Of a stretch of 64,000 bases of DNA, positions 50,614-61,242 are shown piece after piece. Both the position numbers and the translations under genes were made by a program. A model generated the notes under the pieces. It made no database searches. It was not told the origin of the DNA and worked only from the letters and a program-made list of their open reading frames with translations. Position 1 is the stretch's first letter. Each line of letters opens with the position of its first letter. Source of the stretch: an uncultured bacterium (GTDB lineage: Bacteria; Chloroflexota; UBA5177; JANWHV01); the NCBI GenBank assembly GCA_963827235.1, contig CAWHAE010000010.1:768001-832000 (forward strand), read 5' to 3'.

Positions 50614-51342
50614 TCAGCCGCCCGACGGCGCGGCTGCCTCACCTGCCGTCACGTGGAACCTGCTGCAGTAGAGATCCGGCTCAAACGGCGCTCGCCGGCC
50701 CGGGCAATTTTCACGCGGGCACAGCTGGCAGCTCTCGAAATGCTCGCCGGTAGGAAAGCGTATACCCGACACCGACTTGGTAGGCACCATCAGCATGCTC
50801 TCGCTCAGGCGCACGCCGGCCCGCTCAGCGCCTGAGCCTAGGAGTCCAAACAGCACTCGCTGCTGCTCGATGGGCCAATCCGGAAGCGAGCCTGGGTTCA
50901 TGGCACTGGTATCGCCCGGCTCGTAATTGGCCGTGATGTGCGCGTCGAGAGCCCGTCGCGCCGCCACCAGGGCGAGTCCCTTTACGGTCTCGGCCCAAAA
51001 GCGGTGCAGCGGGTCCGCGATTGACTCCGCCCACGCTTGCAGCTCCGTGCCGCAGGTGGCCACGTGGGGAAAAGCGCGATACACCGTCTCCAGATGCACG
51101 CGGAGGACGTGGCTCGTGAAGCGCCATCCCTCGAGATCGACATAGTCCTCACCACGGTCCGTAACGTAGGCGACCAGGTAGAACGCCCGGGGCCGGGCAA
51201 TACGCGCACCTTCCTCCGCTAAGGGCAGCAGCTCCTCGGCGAGCGCGCTTCCTTCCTTCACGCGGGCCTGCTGCAGCAGGGTCGCCACGTTCAAGTAGAA
51301 CGGGATGTCCTCGAGCAGGTGCGACACCATTTCAGACTTCAT
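50614..51342 (-). CDS. Stand-alone B12-dependent methionine synthase activation-domain-like protein
   Basis: MNPGSLPDWPIEQQ, MLMVPTKSVSG and a C-terminal CQLCPRENCPGRR. Confidence 0.75.
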   Translation of the reverse strand: MKSEMVSHLLEDIPFYLNVATLLQQARVKEGSALAEELLPLAEEGARIARPRAFYLVAYVTDRGEDYVDLEGWRFTSHVLRVHLETVYRAFPHVATCGTELQAWAESIADPLHRFWAETVKGLALVAARRALDAHITANYEPGDTSAMNPGSLPDWPIEQQRVLFGLLGSGAERAGVRLSESMLMVPTKSVSGIRFPTGEHFESCQLCPRENCPGRRAPFEPDLYCSRFHVTAGEAAAPSGG

Positions 51343-52136
51343 GTTCTCGATCCTCAACTCGGCGCGACGCACTCTATCAGTCAGGAACGCCGCGGGAGCG
51401 CATCGACGCGCAGGGCCCGCCGCGCCGAGAGAAGCGCCGTGGGACCGCACTGTGATCCGACAGCAGTGTAGCGCATGCCGGCAGGCGGGTGTCGACAGTC
51501 GGCGTCGGCGCGCATCGGTAGTCGATATACAAGGACTTCGCGGGATCGTCACCCGGGGTCACGGCCGGCTCGGCTGACGCCGGGCGCCGGCGTTCTCGAC
51601 CGGCAGATTGGACGGCGTCTGGAACGAGGCGGAGCGGCCTCGGGCAGAGCCGGTTCCCAGAGCGGGATGACGCCAGCGGCTCAGCGGCTTGGCGAGGGAA
51701 GCCGGGCCGACATCTACAACGGATCAACACGTGTTGACGGCAGGGACCGCTCTTGATAGCCCAAACAGGCCATTTGGATCGGAAGAATACCCAACTATAC
51801 TTGTGGTCAGCTAGAGGACTAGGCGTCCCGATCTCCTGCGGCTTCCGTTGCCTGCCGGAAGCGCGCGGCGAGGGCAACTGGAGGTGATTGTCACTGTGCT
51901 GACCGCGTCTGGGTGCGTCCAGATCTCCCGCGATGGCAGACGATCGCAATCGTGCGCTTGCCGGTCGATTCTCACCGTCCAGGAGTGCAAGGTAGCCAAA
52001 CCGAGGTGGCAGCGCACAGCCGAAACCGCAAATCCATGAGGTCGGGGCGGAATCTAGCGCGCGGACGGGCGCATCCGGCGAGGAAAAGCTAGACCAGTTG
52101 GTCGCAGGTTTGAGGCAATGAGGCGGCTCGAGAGGT

Positions 52137-52631
52137 ATGTTCACCAAACGGCAATCGGCGCAAGACGCGTACACCAAGGGCCTCAAGGCAGAGGCAGACG
52201 GCAACCTCAAGGAAGCGCTGCGGTGCTTCAAGATCGCGGCCGAGCGCGCTCCCAACGAGATCCGGCACCTGGAGGCGATGGGCCGCGTGCTGGAAGCGAT
52301 GGGCAAGATGGCGCTCGCGACCGAATGGTATATGCGAGCGGCTCGCGTTCAGATGGCTTCCTCGGGTGAAAGTCAGAAAGGTCCACCGGAGGCCCTCGAT
52401 CCGGTCGTCGAAGCTGCGTGGGTGCACAATCTGAAAGCCAACCAGCTCGACGAGGAGCAAGCTGCTGCCGCAATAGAACGCGTGCGCGCTCTGCTCTCGG
52501 CACTGGGTCCGGATCCAGTCGCCTATCGAAAGCTGGCAATGTTGCTCGGACGAGTAGGTCGCATCGGCGAAACGGCGACGCTTTTCGGTGACGCGCACAG
52601 GGCGGAATTGCGCGGAATGCGTTGGCGTTAG
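52137..52631 (+). CDS. TPR-like protein, first gene of the chemosensory operon
   Basis: TPR-like helices (ALRCFKIAAERAP); GAGG RBS. Confidence 0.7.
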   Translation: MFTKRQSAQDAYTKGLKAEADGNLKEALRCFKIAAERAPNEIRHLEAMGRVLEAMGKMALATEWYMRAARVQMASSGESQKGPPEALDPVVEAAWVHNLKANQLDEEQAAAAIERVRALLSALGPDPVAYRKLAMLLGRVGRIGETATLFGDAHRAELRGMRWR

Positions 52632-52685
52632 CAAGGCGCTGCCGGCCGTGGGAATCCGGTCGGTGGGCGCAGGAAGGGGCGTAGG

Positions 52686-53180
52686 TTGGCAACGCGCAGA
52701 CGGGTCATTCTAGTCGTGGAGGATTCCGACACCATGTGGTTCCTCTACAACGATCTTCTCGGCGAGGACTACGAGCTCAGGCGAGCCAAGGACGGGCGAG
52801 AGGCAGTGCACGAGGTCGTGCGCATTCGCCCGGACCTGATCGTGCTGGACTGGACGCTGGATGACATTCGCGCCTGGGACGAAGAGTCGGAAGCCGCGAC
52901 GGTGACTGCACCGTCGCGTAACCACGCGCAGAAAACGATCAGCGGACTGGACGTGCTGCGCGCCGTCAAGCGCTCTCCGCTCAAGAGCATTCCCGTGATC
53001 ATGCTTACGGGTCACAGCGGGCTGCACGAGAAGTTGATCGGAAGGCTGTTCAGGGCAGATAAGTACCTGACCAAACCGTTGGACGAAGACGAGTTTGTGA
53101 AGACGGTGCATTCGTTCCTGGCGCCGGCTGCGCCGCGGTATGCCACCCGAATGATGGCGCGAGAGGAGGTTGGCGCATGA
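52686..53180 (+). CDS. Single-domain response regulator with internal insertion (PilG/PilH-like)
   Basis: ILVVEDS, LIVLDW, IMLTG and YLTKP. Confidence 0.85.
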   Translation: MATRRRVILVVEDSDTMWFLYNDLLGEDYELRRAKDGREAVHEVVRIRPDLIVLDWTLDDIRAWDEESEAATVTAPSRNHAQKTISGLDVLRAVKRSPLKSIPVIMLTGHSGLHEKLIGRLFRADKYLTKPLDEDEFVKTVHSFLAPAAPRYATRMMAREEVGA

Positions 53181-53665
53181 ATGGGACGGCAGGACCCGCC
53201 CAGGGCGAGCGAGGCGAGAATCTGCAGTCACACTATATCGTCGAGCTGGCCGGCGATCTCTACGCGATACCACAGCTCACGGACATGACACTGTCCTGGG
53301 TCCAGCGCCCACTGGAGCCGACCTTCCTGCCAACCTTGCCTTCTTGGTGCCTCGGTCTCGTCAACGAGCGCAACACACCGGTCCTCCTGGTCGACCCACG
53401 TGGACTGCTCGGTCTACCGCCGTCGGACTCGGCACAAGAGGGGCAGCAGGCACGCCACGTGTTCGTCGAGCGGCAGGGCGAGACGATCGGTTTCGCCGTG
53501 GATCGCACACGGCGGTTCCGGCACCTTCCTGCCCAGGCGATGCCCGCGGACGGTGACCTGGTCGCGGGAGTCGTGCGCGAGGGCGACGAAGTAGTGCGGG
53601 TGTTGAACTTGCCGGCAATCTGGCGAACGATTCTGCAGCAGCTTGCGGTGCCCGGCGCGGCCTGA
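53177..53665 (+). CDS. cheW: CheW (PilI-like)
   Basis: PTFLPTLPSWCLGLVNERNTPVLLVD and GFAVD. Confidence 0.85.
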   Translation: MNGTAGPAQGERGENLQSHYIVELAGDLYAIPQLTDMTLSWVQRPLEPTFLPTLPSWCLGLVNERNTPVLLVDPRGLLGLPPSDSAQEGQQARHVFVERQGETIGFAVDRTRRFRHLPAQAMPADGDLVAGVVREGDEVVRVLNLPAIWRTILQQLAVPGAA

Positions 53666-53748
53666 ATCTCTCGATACGCAAGTGGTCAAGGCCGCAGTGT
53701 GCGTGCTGGGCCTGAATAAGTCTGAGTTTCCTGAATTGGAGTGAATAC

Positions 53749-55628
53749 GTGAGGCGATTCGCGCGCATGCCGCTCATCACCCGCATTCTGGCTGTGACTG
53801 CGCTTCTATTTGTCTTGATGCTCGGTTCCGTGGTCCTCGCGGTACGCCAAACAGTGTCAAACACAATGACGGACCAGGCCAAGACCCGCGTCAATCAGGC
53901 AACTACCCTGGCCCTTGCCCTGGCAGCAACCCTTGGCAAACCAACTCTCCAGCACGGTCAGCTCTACTACGGCACGCGCCTCTTCGACGGCTATGAAGGC
54001 TTCGTCGACGCCGTCAAGAACGGCACAGGCGTCGATGACAGCGTCTTCAAGGTCGAGGCCGACGGCCAAGCCCACCGCATCGCTACCACCGTCATGGAGA
54101 ACGGCAAGCGCGCGCTGGGCACGTTGCTCACGGGTCCCGCCGCGGTGGCGTTCACTCACGGCCAGGTCTACACCGGCGTGGCGCCAGTCCTGGGGACCGA
54201 TTTCGAGGCGCGGTACACGCCCATAGTGGGTGCCGACGGTAAGCCGCTCGGCGTAATCGCGACCGCTCAGAGCCTGGCCTCCATCAGTTCCACAACGAAC
54301 CAGATCTTCGTCGAGGTTTTCTTGATTGGTGGCGCGGCGCTGCTCATCAGCTTGGGTCTGCTCTTCCTGGTCCTGCGCCCAATCGGTCGTGCCGTCTCGC
54401 AGGTAGCATTCGCCGCGCGCGGTCTCTCCAAGGGCGACCTGAACCAGCAGATTCAGGTACAGGGCGAGGACGAAGTGGGCGAGATGGCCAACGCCTTCCG
54501 CGCCATGATCTCCTACCAGAAGCAGGCAGTGGCAGAGGTGGAGGACCGCACGAACAAGCTGATCAGCGCTGAGGCAGCTGCGCGCGAGAAAGCCCTGCAG
54601 CTTGAGCAAAGCGTGACACAGCTCGTAGAAGACCTCGCGCCGGCAACCGATGGGGACCTGACCATTCGTCCGCACTTGTCGGCCGAGGCCGGCGACGTGG
54701 CCGTGGTAGCCGACTTCACCGGCGTGCTGATCTCGACCTTCGCCGACGTGGCCCGCTCGGTTCGCCTGGCGAGCAACCAGGTACAGCAGAACAGCGAGCA
54801 GCTCACAGCCCGTGTCCAGCAGCTCGCTCGGAAGTGCAAGCAGCGCACCGAACAGGTGACAGGACACGGCCAAGGTGGCCGACCAGATCGCAGACTCGGC
54901 AACCAACGTGCTGAGCAGCATCGAGCTGGTTACCCGTTCGACCCAGGAAGCAGGCAGAGCGTGGATCAGCGGAAACTGCCGCGGTGTCGCAGACGCTCGA
55001 GCGCATGGACGCCGTGCGAGCCACCATGATCCAGGCCACGCGCCAGATCAAGAAGCTGTCCGATTCGTCACTGGCCATGAACAGCACGGTTGGATTGGTA
55101 CTCCAGTTCGCCGGCGACCTCGAGCTGCTCGCCGACAACGCGCAGATCGAAGCAGCGCGGCACTCCGAAGGCGGCGGCGTGTTCACCGCCGTGGCCGAGC
55201 AGACCGGTCGTCTGGCCGAAGACGCGCAGAAGGCACTGACGGAGATCCAGACAGCAGTGCTCACCGAACCGTCAGGAAACGGCAGAGGTAGGCCGGCAGA
55301 TGGAGCAGGTGGCGACCGAAGTACTGGCGAGCGCCCGCGCCGTAGAAGAGGCTCGTGCCGCATTCAACGACATCACGCGCAGTGTTCGCGACCTGGGAAG
55401 CTTCGTCGAGACAGTCAACGGCGTGGCTAATCGGCCCAGGTGGAAGTGGCCGAGTCGGTGAACACCGCCATGCGGCAGATCGCACTGTTCTTCGGGCAGA
55501 CGGTGGATGACGTACGGCTCTCGGAAGAGGATGCTCGGCAGCTCCGGCAGACCATCGATCGGCTCCGCTCTTCAATTGCCAACCTGAGGCTCGAATCGGA
55601 CGCGACGGCTGACGATCGCGCCGCCTAA
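53749..55628 (+). CDS. Methyl-accepting chemotaxis protein (Cache-HAMP-MA, PilJ-like) broken by several frameshifts at ~54830-55440
   Basis: TM-Cache-TM-HAMP in the first ORF. The signalling hairpin (LLADNAQIEAAR...FTAVAEQTGRLA) and the C-terminus continue across successive frames to TAA 55628. Confidence 0.82.
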
Positions 55629-55715
55629 ACAGGCAAGTAACGCGGGCAGCGGCAGGTGGGCGCGGAGCGCGCCCACCTGCCGGGCTGGCGCGATGCGGGA
55701 GGAAAGAACAGAGCC

Positions 55716-56432
55716 ATGGCCGTCGACCATGTCACAATTGCCACCGGCATTCCGGTGGCTTCGGAGAGAGCGAGCTTCGCACGCTTTCGCGTTCTGGAGG
55801 GGTCGTCAGAGCTGCTCCTCAGCCAGTTTCGTCTCCATGCGAAGCGAGTGCGAGCTCTTGCCGCCGCCTATCGCCGCGAAACAAGACGTCTCCAGGCCGG
55901 CGTGAGTCCCGAGCTCGCACGCATCGACGTCAGTCTGGATCGCATCGCGCAGCTCACCACTGTCGCGTTGGGCGCTACCGATACGGCGTTTGTGCGGACG
56001 TTCAGCAGCATCAGCGCGATGGACTACTATTTCGAGACGACCGACGTGGAGCACCCGGAGTTTACTCCGGCTCAACGCATCGCGGCGCAGTCCAAGGATC
56101 TGCTCGACTTTCTGCGCGGCAAACATGCCGAGGCGAGTGAAGCCCTCAGAGCGGTTGTGCAGGAGCTGGTAGTAAACGCCAACAATCTGGCTATCGTGGT
56201 CGGCCAGCCCGGTGCGCAGCCACTGGAGCACTTCCGGGTCATCATTCGACAGATGCGCACGCAGAGCGGAACGACCTACGATCTGGGAGGCCGTCTCGAC
56301 GTATTCGTGCAGAATCTGGGTGCGACCCTGCAAGAGCTTGCTCCTACCGACTCGTTCAGAAACACGGTACTCGCCTCCCTGCGATCCCTCGGGGCGCAGC
56401 AGGCGGTGCCGGGCGGCGAAGGGGCGATGTAG
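55716..56432 (+). CDS. Soluble all-helical hypothetical protein, possibly a degenerate MCP signalling domain
   Basis: Lies in the operon between the MCP and CheA genes; amphipathic helices; abuts the CheA start. Confidence 0.6.
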   Translation: MAVDHVTIATGIPVASERASFARFRVLEGSSELLLSQFRLHAKRVRALAAAYRRETRRLQAGVSPELARIDVSLDRIAQLTTVALGATDTAFVRTFSSISAMDYYFETTDVEHPEFTPAQRIAAQSKDLLDFLRGKHAEASEALRAVVQELVVNANNLAIVVGQPGAQPLEHFRVIIRQMRTQSGTTYDLGGRLDVFVQNLGATLQELAPTDSFRNTVLASLRSLGAQQAVPGGEGAM

Positions 56433-59400
56433 ATGACTGCCGAACTGGTCAACAGCAGAACCCGCTATCAGACCCGCTTCATCGCCGAGCTCGGCCGCCG
56501 CTGCGAGGCCATCATCACCGCCTCACAGATGTTGCGCTCATCCGGGCTCCAGACGCTTCCCGAGGAAGGCAGCCCGGGCAGCGACGACCTCGTGCACGCC
56601 GTGGACGTCATTTACCGGCATGCGCACAGCGTCCGCGGCGCCGCGGGCACGCTGGGCATCGAGCCGGCCAGGGAAGTCGCGGACATTCTGGCGGAGATAG
56701 CCTTGCATCTCAACGAGCCCGGCATGCTGGGCGACGAGACTATCTGGGAGTTGGTCGGCAGGGGCGCTCACGCACTCGAGGTCTACGGCACAAGTATCGG
56801 CGGCGGCACCGAACCCGACCTTGCGTCGCTGGCCGACTTCGCGGTTATTCTTCGACGCGACTTCGAGTATCGCTTCGCCCCGCCCGAGGACGCCGTAGAC
56901 GACTTTGCCGAGGTGGCGCGCGTCCTGCGTCTCTCGGAGGAAGAGATCGCCGCTTTTCGATTTCCGACCGAGGACCTGCGAAAGACGACGGTCCAGGATC
57001 AGGCTCCGCAAACCGCGGAGGGCGCCGCAAACCAGGCGCCGATGGCGCCGGTCGAAATGCAAGCCGTGGAGTCTATGCCCACGGCGGTGATAGAGGTGCC
57101 GGATGTCCTTCCGGTGGGCGCGAATGGCGCCGCGGAAGCGATGGCGGCCGAGGCCAAGGACCTTGAGACTGTCTCCGCGGTGACCCCGTCCGTCGCGCCG
57201 CTCGAAGCAGCATCCGAGTCCGGCCAAGTTCAAACTGCCGAGATCGCCTCGCCTGTCACGGCAAGCGAGCCTGCTCCGCTCGCATCGCCGGTGATCTCCC
57301 GGCGCGTGACCATCTTCTGCGAGAGCAGCCTGCGTATGCTGGAGCAAAGCGCTAGCGCGCTCGAGCGCGTGGCGAGTGACCGCTGGGATTCTGGCGGCCA
57401 TGCGAACGCTCAGGCGCGTGTTCCACACCATCAAGGGCGATGGCCGCCAGGCCGGTTTCCCCCAGCTCGCCCGGCTCTCCGAGGCGGCCGAGGACGTCTT
57501 TGACAGCATCTTCGACCATCGTGCGGCCCATCCGGCGGACGAGGTGGGAGTGCCTCGCGACGCCGTGGCGATGCTCGATCGAGCCCAGGCCGCGCTAGAG
57601 TCGCTGATGTCCGACCCGGCCGCGATTGCTCAGCGAGACCAGGAGCCGGACGAAGCGCTGATCGGTGACCTGTTGGCCGTCGTCACCCAGATCCCTGCCA
57701 CGCTTCCGGGCTCAGAGCAGCACGGCATGTCGGACGCTACCGAGGTGCAGCAGCATGAGGCCGGCAGCGCCACCGCAGGTGATGCCAACACGGCGGAAGC
57801 GCGGCGCCAGCGCCTGCTGCCCGCGTTCCTGGCGGAAGCCCGCCAGATCGGCGACGCGTTGCACCGGCAGGTCGATGTTCTGCGCGACGACGCGCTCAGC
57901 ATCGACGCCCTGCTCGGAGCCACGCGCTCGCTGCACACGCTGAAAGGCAACTCGGCCAGCATGCGCATCGAAGTGCTCGTACGTCTGGCCGACGCAGGCG
58001 AGACACTGCTCGAGCAGCTTGCGCTGGCGGCAGCACCGATCAACGCCGCGCAGATCGGTCTGCTGAGCGACCTCGACGGAGCGGTCCGCCACGTGATCGA
58101 CTGTGTCGATCACGGCGAGAGCCCCGACGCGAAAGCAATCGAGCCACTACTGGTCGCTCTGAAGGATCCGCGGAATGCGGTTGCCTTGGCGCCGGAGCCC
58201 GCGGTCACGGAGGAGCGGGCGCCGCAAGTCCAGTCAGGTGGTGCGGTCAGCATCGGTCAGTTGCGGGTCATGCCGCGCTCGGCGCCGCAGCCTGCACCGC
58301 AACGGCCCGCAGTGGAAGCGGCTCGCGAGCCGGCCGCCCCACCCAAGCCCATGTTCTCGCCGCGCAGCTCTTCGGAGCCGGAGCGCTCGCGGCAGGAACG
58401 GCGTACCCTGACGGAAAGCCTGACCACCGTCGATCTGGGCGATGTGAATCGCGCGATCGACCTGTTCGGCAGACTGGTCACCTCACGTACCATGATCGCG
58501 CGCGGCATCCAGGTGCTCCGGCAGCCCGTATCCGAAAGCGCCCGCAACAGCGTACGCTTGCGCGGGATTATCGACCGTCTGGCGTCAGAGTTCGAAGTCG
58601 TGCGACGCGAGCGTCGCGCGGCGTCACAAAGCGAAGGCTGGGATCCGGTCGAGCTGGAGACGTTCGACGCCTATACCCAGATCATGCTCGAGCTGGGGGA
58701 AATCGTCGCCGACCAGGAAGAAATCGCCGATTCGTTGCAGGACGGCGTACGCCGGACGGCCATGATCTGCGAGGGCGACCTGGAATCCACCGACCAACTG
58801 CAGCAATCCCTGCTCGGCTTCCGGCTGGTCAGGCTGAACACCATCGAGCCGAGACTCGAGCAAGTCGTGTCATCCACTGCCAGGTCGGTGGGCAAGCAGA
58901 TCAACTGGCGCCTGCGCGGCGGCTCCATCGCTCTTGACAAGGCCGTGCTCGACGCGGTGCAGGAGCCCCTGTTGCATCTACTGCGCAACGCCATCGACCA
59001 CGGCATCGAGGCAGCGGATGTACGTCTGGCGGCCGGCAAGCCGGCAGCCGGCACGGTCACCATCGACGCCGCCTACGGCTCGAACAGCGTGATCATTCGA
59101 GTGGTCGACGACGGTTGCGGCATCGACCCGCAGCGGGTCGCGGCGGCGGCCGTGCGGCGGGGCCTGGTGACTCAGGAGGTGGCACGCTCGCTCGATACGC
59201 GGGCGCTGCTGAACCTGATCTGGCAGCCCGGCTTCTCTACCGCCGAGGCGGTGACGGACATCAGCGGTCGCGGCGTGGGCCTGGATATCGTGCAGAGCGC
59301 ACTAACCCGCGTTCGCGGCAGCGTCTCCGTTCAGAGCCATCCCGGCCGCGGCACGACCTTCAGCTTGAGCTTGCCGCTCAGTCTGACCGTCGTGCGAACG

Positions 59401-60255
59401 CTGCTGTTGCGTGACGGTAAGGCCGCCGTGGCCGTCCCCATCGCGCAGATCGAGGGCGTTCACCTGGTTAGCAGGGAAAACATCACCCACCTACACGACC
59501 GCACGGCAGCGCTCATCGAAGGACGAACGATCACGGTCCTGCCTCAGGGATTGGCTCGCCCCGTGGCCTTCGAAGAACGGCTCTCGGGCGACACTTCAAC
59601 GGTGCTCGAAGTGCGCGTAGGACCCGACCGCACCGTGGGGTTCTTGATCGACGAGGTACTGGGTGAAGAGGATACGCTGGTCAAGGCCCTGCCCAGCTAC
59701 CTGGCGCACATCAGCACCTTCGTAGGCTGCAGCGTAGGCGGTGACGGTCGTCCGTATGCTATCGTCGATCCCCGCCATCTGGCAGGGTTCAGCGCGGGCG
59801 GCAGAGAGGCGCGCGGAGCGGACTCGCCTCTACCGGCGTATTCGCCGACGAATGCGCAGACGGGCAAGCCGCTGGCCATCGTGGTCGACGACAGCCTGTT
59901 CATGCGCCGGTCGCTCGCCGAAGTATATGCCGAGGCTGGATTCCGGGTCGATACGGCCGAGGACGGCGAAGCTGCCCTGGCGATCATCGCCCGCACTGGC
60001 ATGCCTGAGCTGATCTCACTGGACATGGAGATGCCCAGAATGAACGGCTTGGAGATGCTCTCCATCCTCCGCCAGTTGCCGGGCGGGCAGCACGTGCCGG
60101 TCTTCATGATCACCACGCGCGGGCAGGATCGCCATCGGGCGGCGGCGATCAAGGCAGGCGTCACCCGCTACTTCATCAAACCCTTCAGCAGCGAAGAACT
60201 GCTGGCAGCGGCGAGGGACGAGTGTCGCAGCTCGCTGGCAAGCAGGATCGCGTAG
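56433..60255 (+). CDS. cheA: Hybrid CheA/ChpA-like kinase (3 Hpt-dimerisation-HATPase-CheW-REC) with a +1 frameshift at ~57390
   Basis: Hpt motifs AHSVRGAA, FHTIKGDG and LHTLKGNS; HLLRNAIDHGIE, DDGCGID and SGRGVGLD; C-terminal REC. Removing one T at 57389-57390 fuses the two ORFs. Confidence 0.9.
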
Positions 60256-60272
60256 GTTCGGAGGGATTGGTG

Positions 60273-60716
60273 ATGACTGGCAGAGGTTCGAGCTACGACC
60301 GAGTAGGCGTCATCCAGATAGGTGGTCTGTCGTTCGGCGTGCCGCTTTCGGACGTTGAGCGATTCCTCTCGTCAACGCAGCTCAGAACGGTGGAGGACCA
60401 CGTTCCGTGGATCAAAGGGGGTGTTCAAGAACTGGGTAGCGCGGATCTCATGCCTGTAGTCGATCTGGCCGTTCTCTGGCAGGAGCGGCGGCTGGAAGGA
60501 AGGTGGACGCACCTGGTGTGCACGCGCGCGGGCTTTGCCTTTGGCGCAACGAGCTATACGACGACAAGTATGCACGAGATTCACACGTTGCGGCCGGGAC
60601 CGTGGAATCCCGCTCTTGGGCGCGCCGTGGTGATTGACGATCGGCCTCTCCCTGTGTTGGATGTATATCGATTAGTTCAAGTCGACCAGTGGCAGGCACT
60701 TGCTGTGCCGGCCTGA
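60273..60716 (+). CDS. CheW-like protein (ChpC-like)
   Basis: FGVPLSDVE, PWIKG, MPVVDL and LPVLDV. Confidence 0.7.
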   Translation: MTGRGSSYDRVGVIQIGGLSFGVPLSDVERFLSSTQLRTVEDHVPWIKGGVQELGSADLMPVVDLAVLWQERRLEGRWTHLVCTRAGFAFGATSYTTTSMHEIHTLRPGPWNPALGRAVVIDDRPLPVLDVYRLVQVDQWQALAVPA

Positions 60717-60741
60717 ACCGAGATATTGAGAGGGAAGACAG

Positions 60742-61113
60742 ATGAAGATCCTAGTTGTCGACGACGATCCCAGCGCGCGCGATTTTGCCTGCGACGTGTT
60801 GAAGCGAGGCGGCTATAACGTCGTCGAAGCCGAAGATGGTCAGGCGGCACTGGCCAGGCTCAACGAGTCCACGCCCGACTGTATTGTCCTCGACCTGATC
60901 ATGCCGGGGCTCAGTGGGTTCGACACGCTTCGCGAAATGCGGAAGAACCACGCGCATCTGCCGCCCGTGATCGTGCTGACCAGTATGGATGGCGGTGGAA
61001 CGAAGACATATGCCATGAAGGTCAACAAGGCGGACGCCTTCATCACCAAGACCGCACTGCTCGATCCCAACATGGGCCTGCTCGCTGAAGTGAGGAGAGT
61101 GGCACCCAGGTAG
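60742..61113 (+). CDS. Single-domain response regulator
   Basis: KILVVDDD, LDLIMP, VLTS and FITK. Confidence 0.9.
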   Translation: MKILVVDDDPSARDFACDVLKRGGYNVVEAEDGQAALARLNESTPDCIVLDLIMPGLSGFDTLREMRKNHAHLPPVIVLTSMDGGGTKTYAMKVNKADAFITKTALLDPNMGLLAEVRRVAPR

Positions 61114-61242
61114 CCATCGATCCGGGCCGCTGCTTTCGGCGGGAAGACCGCGGACTTCTGGGCAAGTCCGCGGTTTTCCCGCCTACGGTCCGCGTGCGCG
61201 TGCCCGCGGTTGAACGGCCCGGACCGATCGGCAGCGCGGGAC

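Noticed and set aside
57376-57503. Programmed frameshift or two separate genes at the CheA 5' end
   Set aside because: No slippery heptamer is present. A single extra T splits an Hpt domain mid-fold, consistent with the other indel errors.
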